Positions 17,791 through 26,615 of a DNA stretch of 38,564 nucleotides are shown in pieces. Origin of the DNA: Coriobacteriia bacterium (lineage in GTDB: Bacteria > Actinomycetota > Coriobacteriia > Anaerosomatales > JAAXUF01); NCBI GenBank assembly GCA_037140395.1, contig JBAXEO010000003.1, forward strand, positions 1 through 38,564. The letters run 5' to 3'. A program made the position numbers and the translations under genes. The notes beneath the pieces were generated by a model. It saw only the letters and a program-made list of their open reading frames with translations. It searched no databases and was not told the DNA's origin. Every line of letters begins with the position of its first letter. Within the stretch, counting starts at the first letter, position 1.

Positions 17791-18159
17791 CTAAATAGTG
17801 GTCACGACGTCCAGCACTAGACGCACCGCTTCTGCACGATGCGCGGCAATCTGACCCTTGAGGCCGGCTGCCTCGGTCACGGCATCCGCCTGAAGACGGA
17901 CCGCCTCTTCTTCGGCACCCGCGAGAATCTTCTTCTCGCTTTCCGCGGCCCCGGCGCCACCTTCGGCCTCGGCCTTGGCTACCAACTCGACGGCCTTCTT
18001 GCGAGCCGCAGTCACTATCTCGTCGGCTTCCCGCTTTGCGGCCAAAACGCGCCCCGAAATCTCGAGCTCCTTCTCGCGAATGAGGTGAAGCGGAGTGTTC
18101 GAGTCGGTGGCGATGGTCTCCTTGTGCATTCGAATCTCTTCGACGACCTTTTCGTCCAC
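17791..18159 (-). CDS. A/V-type ATP synthase peripheral stalk subunit G/H
   Basis: Ala/Glu/Lys-rich coiled coil (IREKELE...AKREADEIV..ARKKA), first gene of the operon, AGGAGG SD. Confidence 0.82.
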   Translation of the reverse strand: MDEKVVEEIRMHKETIATDSNTPLHLIREKELEISGRVLAAKREADEIVTAARKKAVELVAKAEAEGGAGAAESEKKILAGAEEEAVRLQADAVTEAAGLKGQIAAHRAEAVRLVLDVVTTI

Positions 18160-18242
18160 GGCGAATCCTCCTGGGTGCGATGACGGGTGTTACGGCGCAG
18201 CAAACGAAGCGACAATTTACGCCTCGGTGTCTGTTTCGGCAT

Positions 18243-18289
18243 AAAGGGGAACCACTCCTGCCGAGAAATGGAGCGAATTAATTCCCCTT
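18243..18289 (-). terminator. Long imperfect hairpin after alr (terminator or leader structure)
   Basis: Minus strand AAGGGGAATTA...GCTCC-loop-GGAGT-GGTTCCCCTT followed by TAT. Confidence 0.45.
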
Positions 18290-18317
18290 CACGAGAATCT
18301 TACCGCAGTCCGACGGC

Positions 18318-19436
18318 TTAGCGGTAAACGCGCTCAAGCCTCATGCCAAAAGCGCAGGTCAACTCGTAGTTTATGGTGTCAGCGGCCTCGGCGAGCTCCT
18401 CAAGGGCAATCCACTCGCCGCCCTGCTCACCAACGATCACCGCCTCATTGCCTCGCGACACCTCGACGCCGCGCGGGACCTCGACCATGAGCTGGTCCAT
18501 GCACACCCGACCGATCTGGCGGCAGCGTTTCCCGCCGAGCAGGACTGCAAACTCGTTGGATGCCGCGCGGTGGACCCCATCGGCATACCCGAGCGGAAGC
18601 GTCGCAACCACCGTCGGCGCAGCCGCTGTCCACGTGAAGCCGTAGCTGACGCTCTCGCCCATCCCGACCCGCTTGACGAGCGTCACTCGCGCCTTGACCG
18701 ACCTAGCCGGAACAAGCGTTACGCAGTCGTTCGTAGCTGGTGACGGATAGAGGCCATAGATCGACAGTCCGCAGCGCACCATGTCCAGATGCGTCTGGGG
18801 GTACAGGATGGTGGCGGGGCTATTGGCAGCGTGCACGATTCCCGGATTCACGCCCTCAGTCCGCATCTCCTCAATCGCCAAGCAGAACCGCTCGAACTGA
18901 CCCTCGACTTCCCAGTCACCCGGCACGTCGGCGGTCGCGAAATGCGTGAACGTGCCCTCGAGCTCCAGCCCGGGGAAATCCGCAAGCCCGCGCGCAAACT
19001 GCGCCGCGTCAGCAGCGAACACACCGATGCGATTCATACCGCTGTCCACCTTGAGATGGTAGCGAGCCACCTTGCCCTGAGCCGCCGCCCATTTGCCTAG
19101 AGCAACAGCGAACTCCCGGGTGGTCACCGTCGGCACCAACTCATGCTCGAGCAACAGAGAAATCGCCGCTTCCGGTGGTTCGGAGAGAAGCATGATGGGA
19201 GCCGAGATGCCGGCCTTGCGCAGCTCCAGCCCCTCGGCAATCGTCGCGACACCCAATCGGTCGGCACCGCCACTCAGCGCCGCCCGAGCGGCCTTGACAC
19301 CGCCGTGGCCGTAGCCGTCGGCCTTGACGACGGCCATGAACAGCGTCCCCTTCTTTGTGAGCGCCTTGAGATTCGCAACGTTGGTGGTGATTGCTTCCAG
19401 GTTGATCTCGGCCCAGGACCATCGGTTCTTTGTCAC
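18318..19436 (-). CDS. alr: Alanine racemase
   Basis: VVKADGYGHG (PLP lysine), HLKVDSGMNRIG, THFATAD, GRVCMDQ, TINYEL. Confidence 0.96.
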   Translation of the reverse strand: MTKNRWSWAEINLEAITTNVANLKALTKKGTLFMAVVKADGYGHGGVKAARAALSGGADRLGVATIAEGLELRKAGISAPIMLLSEPPEAAISLLLEHELVPTVTTREFAVALGKWAAAQGKVARYHLKVDSGMNRIGVFAADAAQFARGLADFPGLELEGTFTHFATADVPGDWEVEGQFERFCLAIEEMRTEGVNPGIVHAANSPATILYPQTHLDMVRCGLSIYGLYPSPATNDCVTLVPARSVKARVTLVKRVGMGESVSYGFTWTAAAPTVVATLPLGYADGVHRAASNEFAVLLGGKRCRQIGRVCMDQLMVEVPRGVEVSRGNEAVIVGEQGGEWIALEELAEAADTINYELTCAFGMRLERVYR

Positions 19437-19493
19437 GCTGGAAACCTCCCGGTTTCGTTGAGCACCGCGCAGTCGCGCGCTACAAAGTGGCTG

Positions 19494-21020
19494 TCACCAC
19501 AGTCCGAGCAGTTCGGCCACGGCTGTCGGCAGGTAGTCGATGAGGTCCTCGGCGGCAACGCAGACGGGCGTGAGCACCGAGGCCGCTGCCTCACCTGCTC
19601 GCCCGTGGACATGGGCGCCCAGGGCCCCGGCCTCCAGAGGCGAGAGTCCCTGCGCGAGGTAGGTCCCGATGATGCCCGAGAGCACATCGCCACTGCCCGC
19701 CGTTGCAAGAGCCGGACTGCCAGAAGTGTTGACGATCTGCCTCCCCGCACCGCTGATCACCGTACCGGCCCCCTTGAGCACGACGGCTGTGTCGTGAGTC
19801 GCGAGTACGGCAGACGCCGTGAGTCGATCGGACTGCACCTTCTGGGCGGTGGTAGAGAGCAGCCGCGCGAGTTCCCCCGGATGCGGAGTCAGCACGGTGG
19901 GGGCAGTGCGCTTCTCGATAAGCTGATGCGCGTCGACAAGCGCGTTGAGCCCGTCGGCGTCAACAACCAGCGGCCGCCTGAGCTTCTCGACGATTCCCCG
20001 AGCGGTCAGGACGGCTCCGTCAGCAAGCGTCAGCCCTGGGCCGAGCACGACCGCGTCGTAGTCGCGCGCCAGCTGCAGCGCCTTGTCCAACGCCGCCGAT
20101 GAATACGCATGGCCGCGGCCTTGGGGAAGCCCGATGACCGGAATCGAGAGCAGATGAGCCTGGGCGATAGGCACGACCGAGCTGGGCACCGCGAGCGCAA
20201 CGTAGCCGGCGCCCGCCCTCTGCGCCCCTCGCGCCGCCAACACGGCGGCTCCCGGGTAGGTCGCGGAGCCCGCAATCACGAGCACCCGACCGCGATCATT
20301 CTTGTGTGCATCGACACGCGGCCGAGGCAACAGCGCGGCATACTCGCCAGCCGACCAGACCTCGGTGGCCCCATCAATGTCGGCATGCGCGGGATCGATG
20401 CCGATGTCGGCGACAACGACGTCGCCACAGAATCCGGCACCAGGGTAGACGACGAGTCCCCGCTTGAAAGCGGTGAAGGTGACCGTGCTGTCGGCTTGGA
20501 CAGCGACTCCAGCAACCTCTCCAGTGTCGGCATCCACACCGGTCGGCAGGTCGACTGCAACGACGTAGGCACTGCACCGGTTGACGGCCTCGACCCACAC
20601 GTCCAGAGGTGCGCGCAGCGGGCCGGACGCACCCATGCCGAGCAGCGCATCCACCACGACGACGGCACCTGCCAGCTCGTGCGCACCGAGGGGGTCGTCG
20701 GCCACTCGCCATGCGACGCCCGCCGCGATAGCTGCGAGAGCCGCTTCGCCAGCGATGCCGCCGAGAGACCCGGGCTCTGCCATCGAGACCACGTGAACGC
20801 TTCGTCCAGCTGCGAGCAGATTGCGAGCCGCAACCCAACCGTCGCCGCCGTTGTTGCCGTGCCCAGCGAGTACGACCACGTCCCCCTCGGGCACCTCGGC
20901 CATGACGTGAGCAGCCACAGCACCCCCAGCCGCGCGCATCAGCGTCGCGAGGTCGGCTCCCCTCGCGACGGCGGCCGCCTCGACCGCCCGTGCCTGCTCA
21001 GCTGTGAGTGCGCGAACCAT
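19494..21020 (-). CDS. nnr: Bifunctional NAD(P)HX epimerase / dehydratase
   Basis: GNNGGDG, VDALLG, AVDLPTG in the YjeF_N domain; HK..RG, VDADGL, TPHPGE, GSGDVLSG in the YjeF_C domain. Confidence 0.94.
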   Translation of the reverse strand: MVRALTAEQARAVEAAAVARGADLATLMRAAGGAVAAHVMAEVPEGDVVVLAGHGNNGGDGWVAARNLLAAGRSVHVVSMAEPGSLGGIAGEAALAAIAAGVAWRVADDPLGAHELAGAVVVVDALLGMGASGPLRAPLDVWVEAVNRCSAYVVAVDLPTGVDADTGEVAGVAVQADSTVTFTAFKRGLVVYPGAGFCGDVVVADIGIDPAHADIDGATEVWSAGEYAALLPRPRVDAHKNDRGRVLVIAGSATYPGAAVLAARGAQRAGAGYVALAVPSSVVPIAQAHLLSIPVIGLPQGRGHAYSSAALDKALQLARDYDAVVLGPGLTLADGAVLTARGIVEKLRRPLVVDADGLNALVDAHQLIEKRTAPTVLTPHPGELARLLSTTAQKVQSDRLTASAVLATHDTAVVLKGAGTVISGAGRQIVNTSGSPALATAGSGDVLSGIIGTYLAQGLSPLEAGALGAHVHGRAGEAAASVLTPVCVAAEDLIDYLPTAVAELLGLW

Positions 21021-21083
21021 GACAGCTCCTCGGGACCAGGTCGGGCAATCCGCGAGAACGGATGGCCCGCATTTTCACGCTAT

Positions 21084-21566
21084 CTAGTCAGTACCCTCGG
21101 ACCCGACCTCGTCAAGCAGCGCACGCGCTTCCTTAAACGAGGCGGCCAGCTCAGCCTTGGGATCGGGCCGCTCGTCCTTCCGTGGCCGCGACCCCTCAGT
21201 AATCGCCACTGCAGAGGCAACGGCGGTGGTATGCGTGAACGACAGTGACAGATGCATCTCGACGATGCCGAGCTCAGCAGCTCGCTCGGCTGCTCGGCCG
21301 GAAAGCTTGGGCACGGGACGCCCGCTCATCTCGCGTGAGACTTCGACATCGGTGAACTTCATGCCCGCGAATCCGGTCCCTAGGGCTTTGAGGACGGCTT
21401 CCTTGGCGGCGAAGCGCAGCGCGTAGTGCACCTCGGGGCGGCCCCGCTTGTCGCAGTACGCCCGCTCCTCGGCCGAGAACAGCCGCTCTTTCAGCCGCGG
21501 TCTGCGCTCAATGGCGGCCCGCATTCTCTCGATCTCAACGATGTCTACGCCCAGTCCGGTAATCAT
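21084..21566 (-). CDS. acpS: Holo-ACP synthase
   Basis: GLGVDIVEIER, RFAAKEAVLKALGTG, LSLSFT; about 35-aa C-terminal extension. Confidence 0.94.
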   Translation of the reverse strand: MITGLGVDIVEIERMRAAIERRPRLKERLFSAEERAYCDKRGRPEVHYALRFAAKEAVLKALGTGFAGMKFTDVEVSREMSGRPVPKLSGRAAERAAELGIVEMHLSLSFTHTTAVASAVAITEGSRPRKDERPDPKAELAASFKEARALLDEVGSEGTD

Positions 21567-21569
21567 GGG

Positions 21570-23396
21570 CTACTCGACCGTCACGGACTTGGCCAGGTTG
21601 CGCGGCTGGTCGACGTTGCATCCTTTGAGCTTGGCGATGTGGTAGGCCAGCAGCTGGAGCGGGATCGTGGCCGGAATTGCCGAGAGGGCCTCGCTGGTCG
21701 CCGGCACGTGGAGCACGAACTCCGCGTGTTGCCGGATGTCTTCGTCACCGGCGGTCGCAATGGCAATGACTTGAGCGCCGCGCGCGCGCACTTCTTGGAT
21801 ATTGCTCACGACCTTCTCGTAGGTTCGTCCCTGCGTCGCGACGACCACGACCGGTACCTGATCGGTGATGAGCGCAATCGGGCCGTGCTTCATCTCGCCG
21901 GCGGGGTAGGCCTCGGCGTGGATGTAGGAGATCTCCTTGAGCTTGAGCGCCCCCTCCATGGCTACCGGAACGCCCATGCCTCGACCGAGGAACAGCGAGC
22001 TTGTGGCGTGGACGCACTGTTGTGCGCACTCCTCAAGCGCTGTCAGGTCCTGAAGCTCAGCTTCCACGATGTCAGGGATGGTGATGAGCTCGCACCACAG
22101 CGAGCCGACCTTCTCGGAGGAGAGGGTGCCCTTGGCTTGCGCGAGCTTGAGGGCGAGCACCGTCAGTGCGGCGATCTGCGAAGTGAAGGTCTTGGTGGCG
22201 GCGACACCAATCTCCGGGCCAGCGTGGGTGTAGAGCACGCCGTCGGACTCGCGCGTGACGCGGCTTCCCACCACGTTGGTGATCGCGATGACCTTGGCGC
22301 CGCGCTCACGTGCCTCGCGGACGCCAGCCAGCGTGTCGGCCGTCTCGCCGGACTGCGTGATGGCAACCACGAGTGTCTCGTCGTCGACGATGGGGTCGGC
22401 GTAGCGGAACTCGCTCGAGCACTGCACCTCGACCGGAATGCGGGCCCACTGCTCGATGAGGCTCTTGGCAACGAGCCCCGCGTGCAGCGACGTCCCGCAG
22501 GCGATGATGTAGACGCGGCCCATCGACGCAATCTCAGCCGGAGTCATCTCGAGCTCGGATAGCTGAATGGAGCCGTCGTCGCCCATCCTGCCAAGCAGGG
22601 TGTCGCGAATCGCCTTGGGCTGTTCGTAGATCTCCTTGAGCATGAAGTCCTCATAGCCGCCCTTCTCGGCGGCGTCGAGATCCCACTCTACGTGCATCAT
22701 CTCGGGCTCGACAGCGCCGCCCTCAAGGTCGACCACATCGACCCCGGATGCCGTCACAATCGCGATTTCGCCATCGTGCAAGACGATGATCTCGCGGGTG
22801 AACTCGAGCACGGCGGGGATATCACTTGCGACGATGTTCTCGTCCTCACCGACGCCGATGATGAGCGGCGACTCCTGGCGAGATGCCAGCACCATGTCGG
22901 GATGGTCGAGATGCACAACGCCAAGGGCGTAGGCACCCTCCAAACGCTTGATGGTCTTGGCAAACGCACCTACGAGGTCGCCCTCGTAGTAGCTCTCTAT
23001 GAGGTGCGCGATCAGCTCGGTATCGGTCTCAGAGCGGACGATGTGCCCGGTTGCCTTGAGCTCCTCGCGAAGCTGGATGAAGTTCTCGATGATGCCGTTG
23101 TGCACGACCGCGATACGCCCCGAGCAGTCGATATGAGGATGGGCGTTCTCTTCGCTGGGCTTGCCGTGCGTCGCCCACCGCGTGTGCCCTACGCCCACGT
23201 TTCCGCCCACAGGCGACTTCTCAAGCGCGTTCTTCAGGTTGATGAGCTTACCGATGCGGCGCGTGACGCTTAAGTCGCTGCCTTCGATGATCGCGACACC
23301 AGCAGAGTCATAGCCACGGTATTCAAGCCGAGCAAGACCGCCGACGAGCACGTCACTGGCCCTGCGCGATCCAACGTATCCGACAATTCCACACAT
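21570..23396 (-). CDS. glmS: Glutamine--fructose-6-phosphate aminotransferase
   Basis: True start MCGIVGY at 23396 (catalytic Cys), EYRGYDSAG, GHTRWATHG, PRNLAKSVTVE; GGAGG SD. Confidence 0.97.
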   Translation of the reverse strand: MCGIVGYVGSRRASDVLVGGLARLEYRGYDSAGVAIIEGSDLSVTRRIGKLINLKNALEKSPVGGNVGVGHTRWATHGKPSEENAHPHIDCSGRIAVVHNGIIENFIQLREELKATGHIVRSETDTELIAHLIESYYEGDLVGAFAKTIKRLEGAYALGVVHLDHPDMVLASRQESPLIIGVGEDENIVASDIPAVLEFTREIIVLHDGEIAIVTASGVDVVDLEGGAVEPEMMHVEWDLDAAEKGGYEDFMLKEIYEQPKAIRDTLLGRMGDDGSIQLSELEMTPAEIASMGRVYIIACGTSLHAGLVAKSLIEQWARIPVEVQCSSEFRYADPIVDDETLVVAITQSGETADTLAGVREARERGAKVIAITNVVGSRVTRESDGVLYTHAGPEIGVAATKTFTSQIAALTVLALKLAQAKGTLSSEKVGSLWCELITIPDIVEAELQDLTALEECAQQCVHATSSLFLGRGMGVPVAMEGALKLKEISYIHAEAYPAGEMKHGPIALITDQVPVVVVATQGRTYEKVVSNIQEVRARGAQVIAIATAGDEDIRQHAEFVLHVPATSEALSAIPATIPLQLLAYHIAKLKGCNVDQPRNLAKSVTVE

Positions 23397-23514
23397 AGAT
23401 GGACAAACCTCCAAGTCCGAGGGGTGTGTCGTACGTGCGGCCGATGTGCCGCGAAAAGCCCGGGACCTAAATCGTGGGGCCGGGCCGGGGTGATACTCCC
23501 CTGAGAGGTGGAAC

Positions 23515-23680
23515 AACCGGTTCGATGTCGCTTTGTCCCCGCAGTCACCTGCGGGCTTTGTCGACACCGTTTCGACCCCGATCAGGGCCGGAGAGCCATC
23601 CGCCGAATCGTTCGATGGGCTCTCTCCTCGTCAACTGACGCACGTGTTCGCAATGCAGCCAGTCCCGGCGCTTCATCGTG
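23515..23680 (-). ncRNA. glmS ribozyme (GlcN6P-activated self-cleaving riboswitch)
   Basis: Minus strand A^GCGCC-GGGACT...GTTGACGAGG...ATCGA...TCGGCGGATG...CCGG...ACAAA...GGTGAC...ACAAA in consensus order, upstream of glmS. Predicted cleavage between 23672 and 23671. Confidence 0.92.
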
Positions 23681-23732
23681 CGGTTTCTCTCGGCAGGCAG
23701 CTCCCTCGTCTCTGCGGTTCCTACTCAGTCCT

Positions 23733-23741
23733 AGTGTAGCA
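23733..23741 (-). promoter_or_regulatory. Extended -10 promoter of glmS
   Basis: Minus strand TGC-TACACT about 60 nt upstream of the ribozyme cleavage site. Confidence 0.45.
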
Positions 23742-23815
23742 GTCGAGGGCAGAGAGTGGCCTCGTCACGCGAGGGGAGTGAGCGCCGAACCACGGTGTGG
23801 GATCGGCAAGGCTTC

Positions 23816-24202
23816 CTAGCCTGCCTGCGGTTCACCGTCGGCCCATGAGGCGATCTCGACCACGCCGAGATAAGACCCTCCGGCATCGCGCAGCGCGATG
23901 TAGCGCACGTTGACCTGCCTGCCGGCTTTCATCTCGAGAAACACGGCCTCGTCACGCCACCCATCGCGCAACTCGGCGATGAGGCGCTCGATTCCCGACC
24001 TGCTGCGCGGCGGATGACACTCGAGCACATCCTGCTCAAGGCATTCCGGCGTGCGGTCGAAGATGCGGTACTCCGAGTAGTACCGCACGATGTTGTCGGC
24101 ATCGACGAAGGTGACATCGGACTGAATCGCCGAGAAGACAGCGGCGATCTGTTCTTCTGAGAGCGATCCGTTTGGAAACTCGATGCGCCCGGGCACCGAC
24201 AT
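23816..24202 (-). CDS. Stand-alone PAS-domain protein (PAS_10-like, as at the C-terminus of DUF438 proteins)
   Basis: G.LS.EQI..VF...DVTFVD.DNIVRYYS..RIF.R......DV..CHPP.S; YIALRD..G.YLGVVE. TGATG overlap with glmM. Confidence 0.82.
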   Translation of the reverse strand: MSVPGRIEFPNGSLSEEQIAAVFSAIQSDVTFVDADNIVRYYSEYRIFDRTPECLEQDVLECHPPRSRSGIERLIAELRDGWRDEAVFLEMKAGRQVNVRYIALRDAGGSYLGVVEIASWADGEPQAG

Positions 24203-25536
24203 CAACCCAGCTCGGCCGTCACGATAGATACCAGCCTCGCCACAATCGCCGAGGCGGTCTCCTCGTCTTGCGCCTCTGCCATCACCCGCACGAGCGGTTC
24301 CGTGCCCGACGGCCGCACCAGCACGCGACCACTCTCGCCGAGCTCGGCTTCGGCCTCGCGAATAGCCTCGGCAATGTCGGCGTTAGTGCCGAGGCGATGC
24401 TTATCGGCGACGGGGACGTTGACGAGGACCTGCGGGTAGCGGCGCATCACGGCTCGCAACTCGGAGAGCGGCAACCCGGTCTCGCGAAGCACCGAGGCGA
24501 CCTGCAGCGCGGTGACGAGGCCGTCGCCCGTGGTGTTGTGCTCCAGGAAGATGATGTGGCCCGACTGCTCCCCGCCCAAGACGGCGCCCGACGTGCGGAG
24601 CTGCTCTAGGACGTAGCGGTCGCCCACCTTTGTCTTGATCACGGTGATGCCGAGTTCGCGCATCGCCACCTCAAAGCCCAAATTGCACATGACCGTCGAG
24701 ACAACGGTGTCCAGTGGCAGCGTGCCTTGTGCTTTTCGGTGGGCAGCGCAGATGGCCATAATGGCGTCGCCGTCGACCTCGGCTCCAGTCTCGTCCACGG
24801 CAAGGACGCGGTCAGCGTCACCGTCGTGAGCAATGCCGAAGTCAACGTCATTATCGGCAACAATCTGGCACAGCGGCGCGAGGTTGGTGGAACCGCATCC
24901 CACGTTGATATCCATGCCGTCCCAGTCGCAGTTGACCGAGATCACCTTCGCGCCGAGCCGTCGCAGCGCCTCGGGCGTCGCGACGGATGCCGCCCCGTGG
25001 CCACAGTCCACCGCGATAGTCAGCCCGCTCAGATCGACGCCGATCGTAGCCACGCAGTGCTCGATGTAGCGTTCAACCGCGTCTTCGACCTGCCGAATGA
25101 TCCCGACGCCGCCGCCGGTCGGCCGCTCGTAGTCGCGCTCCGACGAGCAGAACGTCTCGATATCGTCTTCGACCTCGTCGGGAAGTTTGAACCCTTCTCG
25201 GCTGAAGAACTTGATGCCGTTGTACTCGGGTGCGTTGTGTGACGCCGAGATCACGACGCCACCATCAGCCTCGAGCTCGCGCACGAGCAACGCGACCGCC
25301 GGCGTGGGGACGATTCCGGCCACGAGCGCGTCGGCACCGCCCGAGCAGATGCCAGCGACCAGTGCGGCCTCGAGCATCTCTCCGCTGCGTCTGGTATCGC
25401 GGCCGACGACGATTCTGCCGCGGCCCTTCTCTCCCAGGAAGTGACCAGCCGCTTCCCCCAGCCGAAATGCAAGCTCCGGAGTGAGCTGGGCGTTGGCGAT
25501 CCCGCGGACGCCGTCGGTGCCGAAGAGCCGTGTCAT
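24202..25536 (-). CDS. glmM: Phosphoglucosamine mutase
   Basis: LFGTDGVRG, ISASHN, DGDADR, GGEQSGH, RPSGTEP. Confidence 0.97.
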   Translation of the reverse strand: MTRLFGTDGVRGIANAQLTPELAFRLGEAAGHFLGEKGRGRIVVGRDTRRSGEMLEAALVAGICSGGADALVAGIVPTPAVALLVRELEADGGVVISASHNAPEYNGIKFFSREGFKLPDEVEDDIETFCSSERDYERPTGGGVGIIRQVEDAVERYIEHCVATIGVDLSGLTIAVDCGHGAASVATPEALRRLGAKVISVNCDWDGMDINVGCGSTNLAPLCQIVADNDVDFGIAHDGDADRVLAVDETGAEVDGDAIMAICAAHRKAQGTLPLDTVVSTVMCNLGFEVAMRELGITVIKTKVGDRYVLEQLRTSGAVLGGEQSGHIIFLEHNTTGDGLVTALQVASVLRETGLPLSELRAVMRRYPQVLVNVPVADKHRLGTNADIAEAIREAEAELGESGRVLVRPSGTEPLVRVMAEAQDEETASAIVARLVSIVTAELG

Positions 25537-25550
25537 ACGAGTCCCCTCAC

Positions 25551-25588
25551 AGATGAGACGGGGCCCGCCGCGCGTGCGGCGAGCCCCG
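25551..25588 (-). terminator. GC-rich hairpin after rpsI, probable intrinsic terminator
   Basis: Minus strand CGGGGCTCGCCGC-ACGC-GCGGCGGGCCCCG (25588-25559), then TCTCATCT. Confidence 0.6.
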
Positions 25589-25616
25589 ATCGGTTCGAGC
25601 AGTGTGCCGCCAGCGC

Positions 25617-26018
25617 CTAGCGCTTGGAGAACTGCGGCTTCTTGCGAGCCTTCTTCAGGCCGTACTTCTTGCGCTCGACCATGCGTGGGTCGCGACGCAG
25701 GTAACCGGCGCGCTTAAGCTCGCCGCGGTACTCGTCACTGGCCTCGAGCAGGGCACGTGCGATGCCGTGGCGCAGAGCGCCGGCCTGACCGGAGACGCCA
25801 CCACCGTGGCACTGAGCGATTACGTCAAAACGCTCCGAAGTCTCGGTGGCCTTGAACGGAGTCTCGGCGAAGTTCACCAGTGCAGCACGGCCAAAGAACT
25901 CGAGTCCGGTCTTCTTGTTGACCGTCATCTGGCCGGTGCCGGGGACCAGGCGGACGCGAGCGACCGAGGTCTTGCGGCGGCCGGTGCCGTAGTAGACAGC
26001 TTTCTTCTCAACAGCCAT
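25617..26018 (-). CDS. rpsI: 30S ribosomal protein S9
   Basis: [30 protein letters not shown]. Confidence 0.98.
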   Translation of the reverse strand: MAVEKKAVYYGTGRRKTSVARVRLVPGTGQMTVNKKTGLEFFGRAALVNFAETPFKATETSERFDVIAQCHGGGVSGQAGALRHGIARALLEASDEYRGELKRAGYLRRDPRMVERKKYGLKKARKKPQFSKR

Positions 26019-26021
26019 GCC

Positions 26022-26456
26022 TTAGGCCTCCAGGGTGATCGCGCGCGGCTTCTGCGCAGCGTGTGGGTGGTTCGGACCTGCGTACACCTTGAGCTTGCGG
26101 TTCATCGCGCGGCCGAGCGTGTTCTTGGGCAGCATGCCCTTGACGGCCTTCTCGATGATGCGCTCCGGGTGCTTGGCCAGCATGCGCTGGAAGGAGACCT
26201 CTTTGAGGCCGCCCTGGAAACCGGAGTGCGTGTAGTACATCTTGGTGTTCGCCTTGTTGCCGGTCATACGAACCTTCTCGGCGTTGATGATGACGACGAA
26301 GTCACCGGTATCGACGTGCGGCGTGTACTGCGGCTTGTTCTTGCCCTTCAGGATTTGAGCTACCTGAGTGGAAAGCCGGCCGAGCACGAGGTCAGTGGCG
26401 TCGATGATGAGCCACTCGCGTTCAACCTCATGGGGCTTAGCGTGGTAGGTCTTCAC
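26022..26456 (-). CDS. rplM: 50S ribosomal protein L13
   Basis: [31 protein letters not shown]. Confidence 0.98.
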   Translation of the reverse strand: MKTYHAKPHEVEREWLIIDATDLVLGRLSTQVAQILKGKNKPQYTPHVDTGDFVVIINAEKVRMTGNKANTKMYYTHSGFQGGLKEVSFQRMLAKHPERIIEKAVKGMLPKNTLGRAMNRKLKVYAGPNHPHAAQKPRAITLEA

Positions 26457-26529
26457 AAGTCCTCCAACGAAACGATTGCTTCCGATGTTCGAATCGAACC
26501 TTCACGGGGCCTCTGAAACGAACCCTCAC

Positions 26530-26558
26530 ATAGTAGCTGCGGCTTGCGGATGCGTCAA
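26530..26558 (-). promoter_or_regulatory. Promoter of rplM-rpsI
   Basis: Minus strand TTGACG(26558-26553)-17 nt-TACTAT(26535-26530). Confidence 0.75.
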
Positions 26559-26615
26559 CAAACGCCTCCGGGCGTATCCATCCACCGTCAGAGTCGAGCG
26601 AATCGGAGTCCGCGC

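Noticed and set aside
23397-23567. N-terminal extension of GlmS in the ORF track
   Set aside because: GlmS needs Cys at position 2. The extension is the leader and ribozyme RNA.
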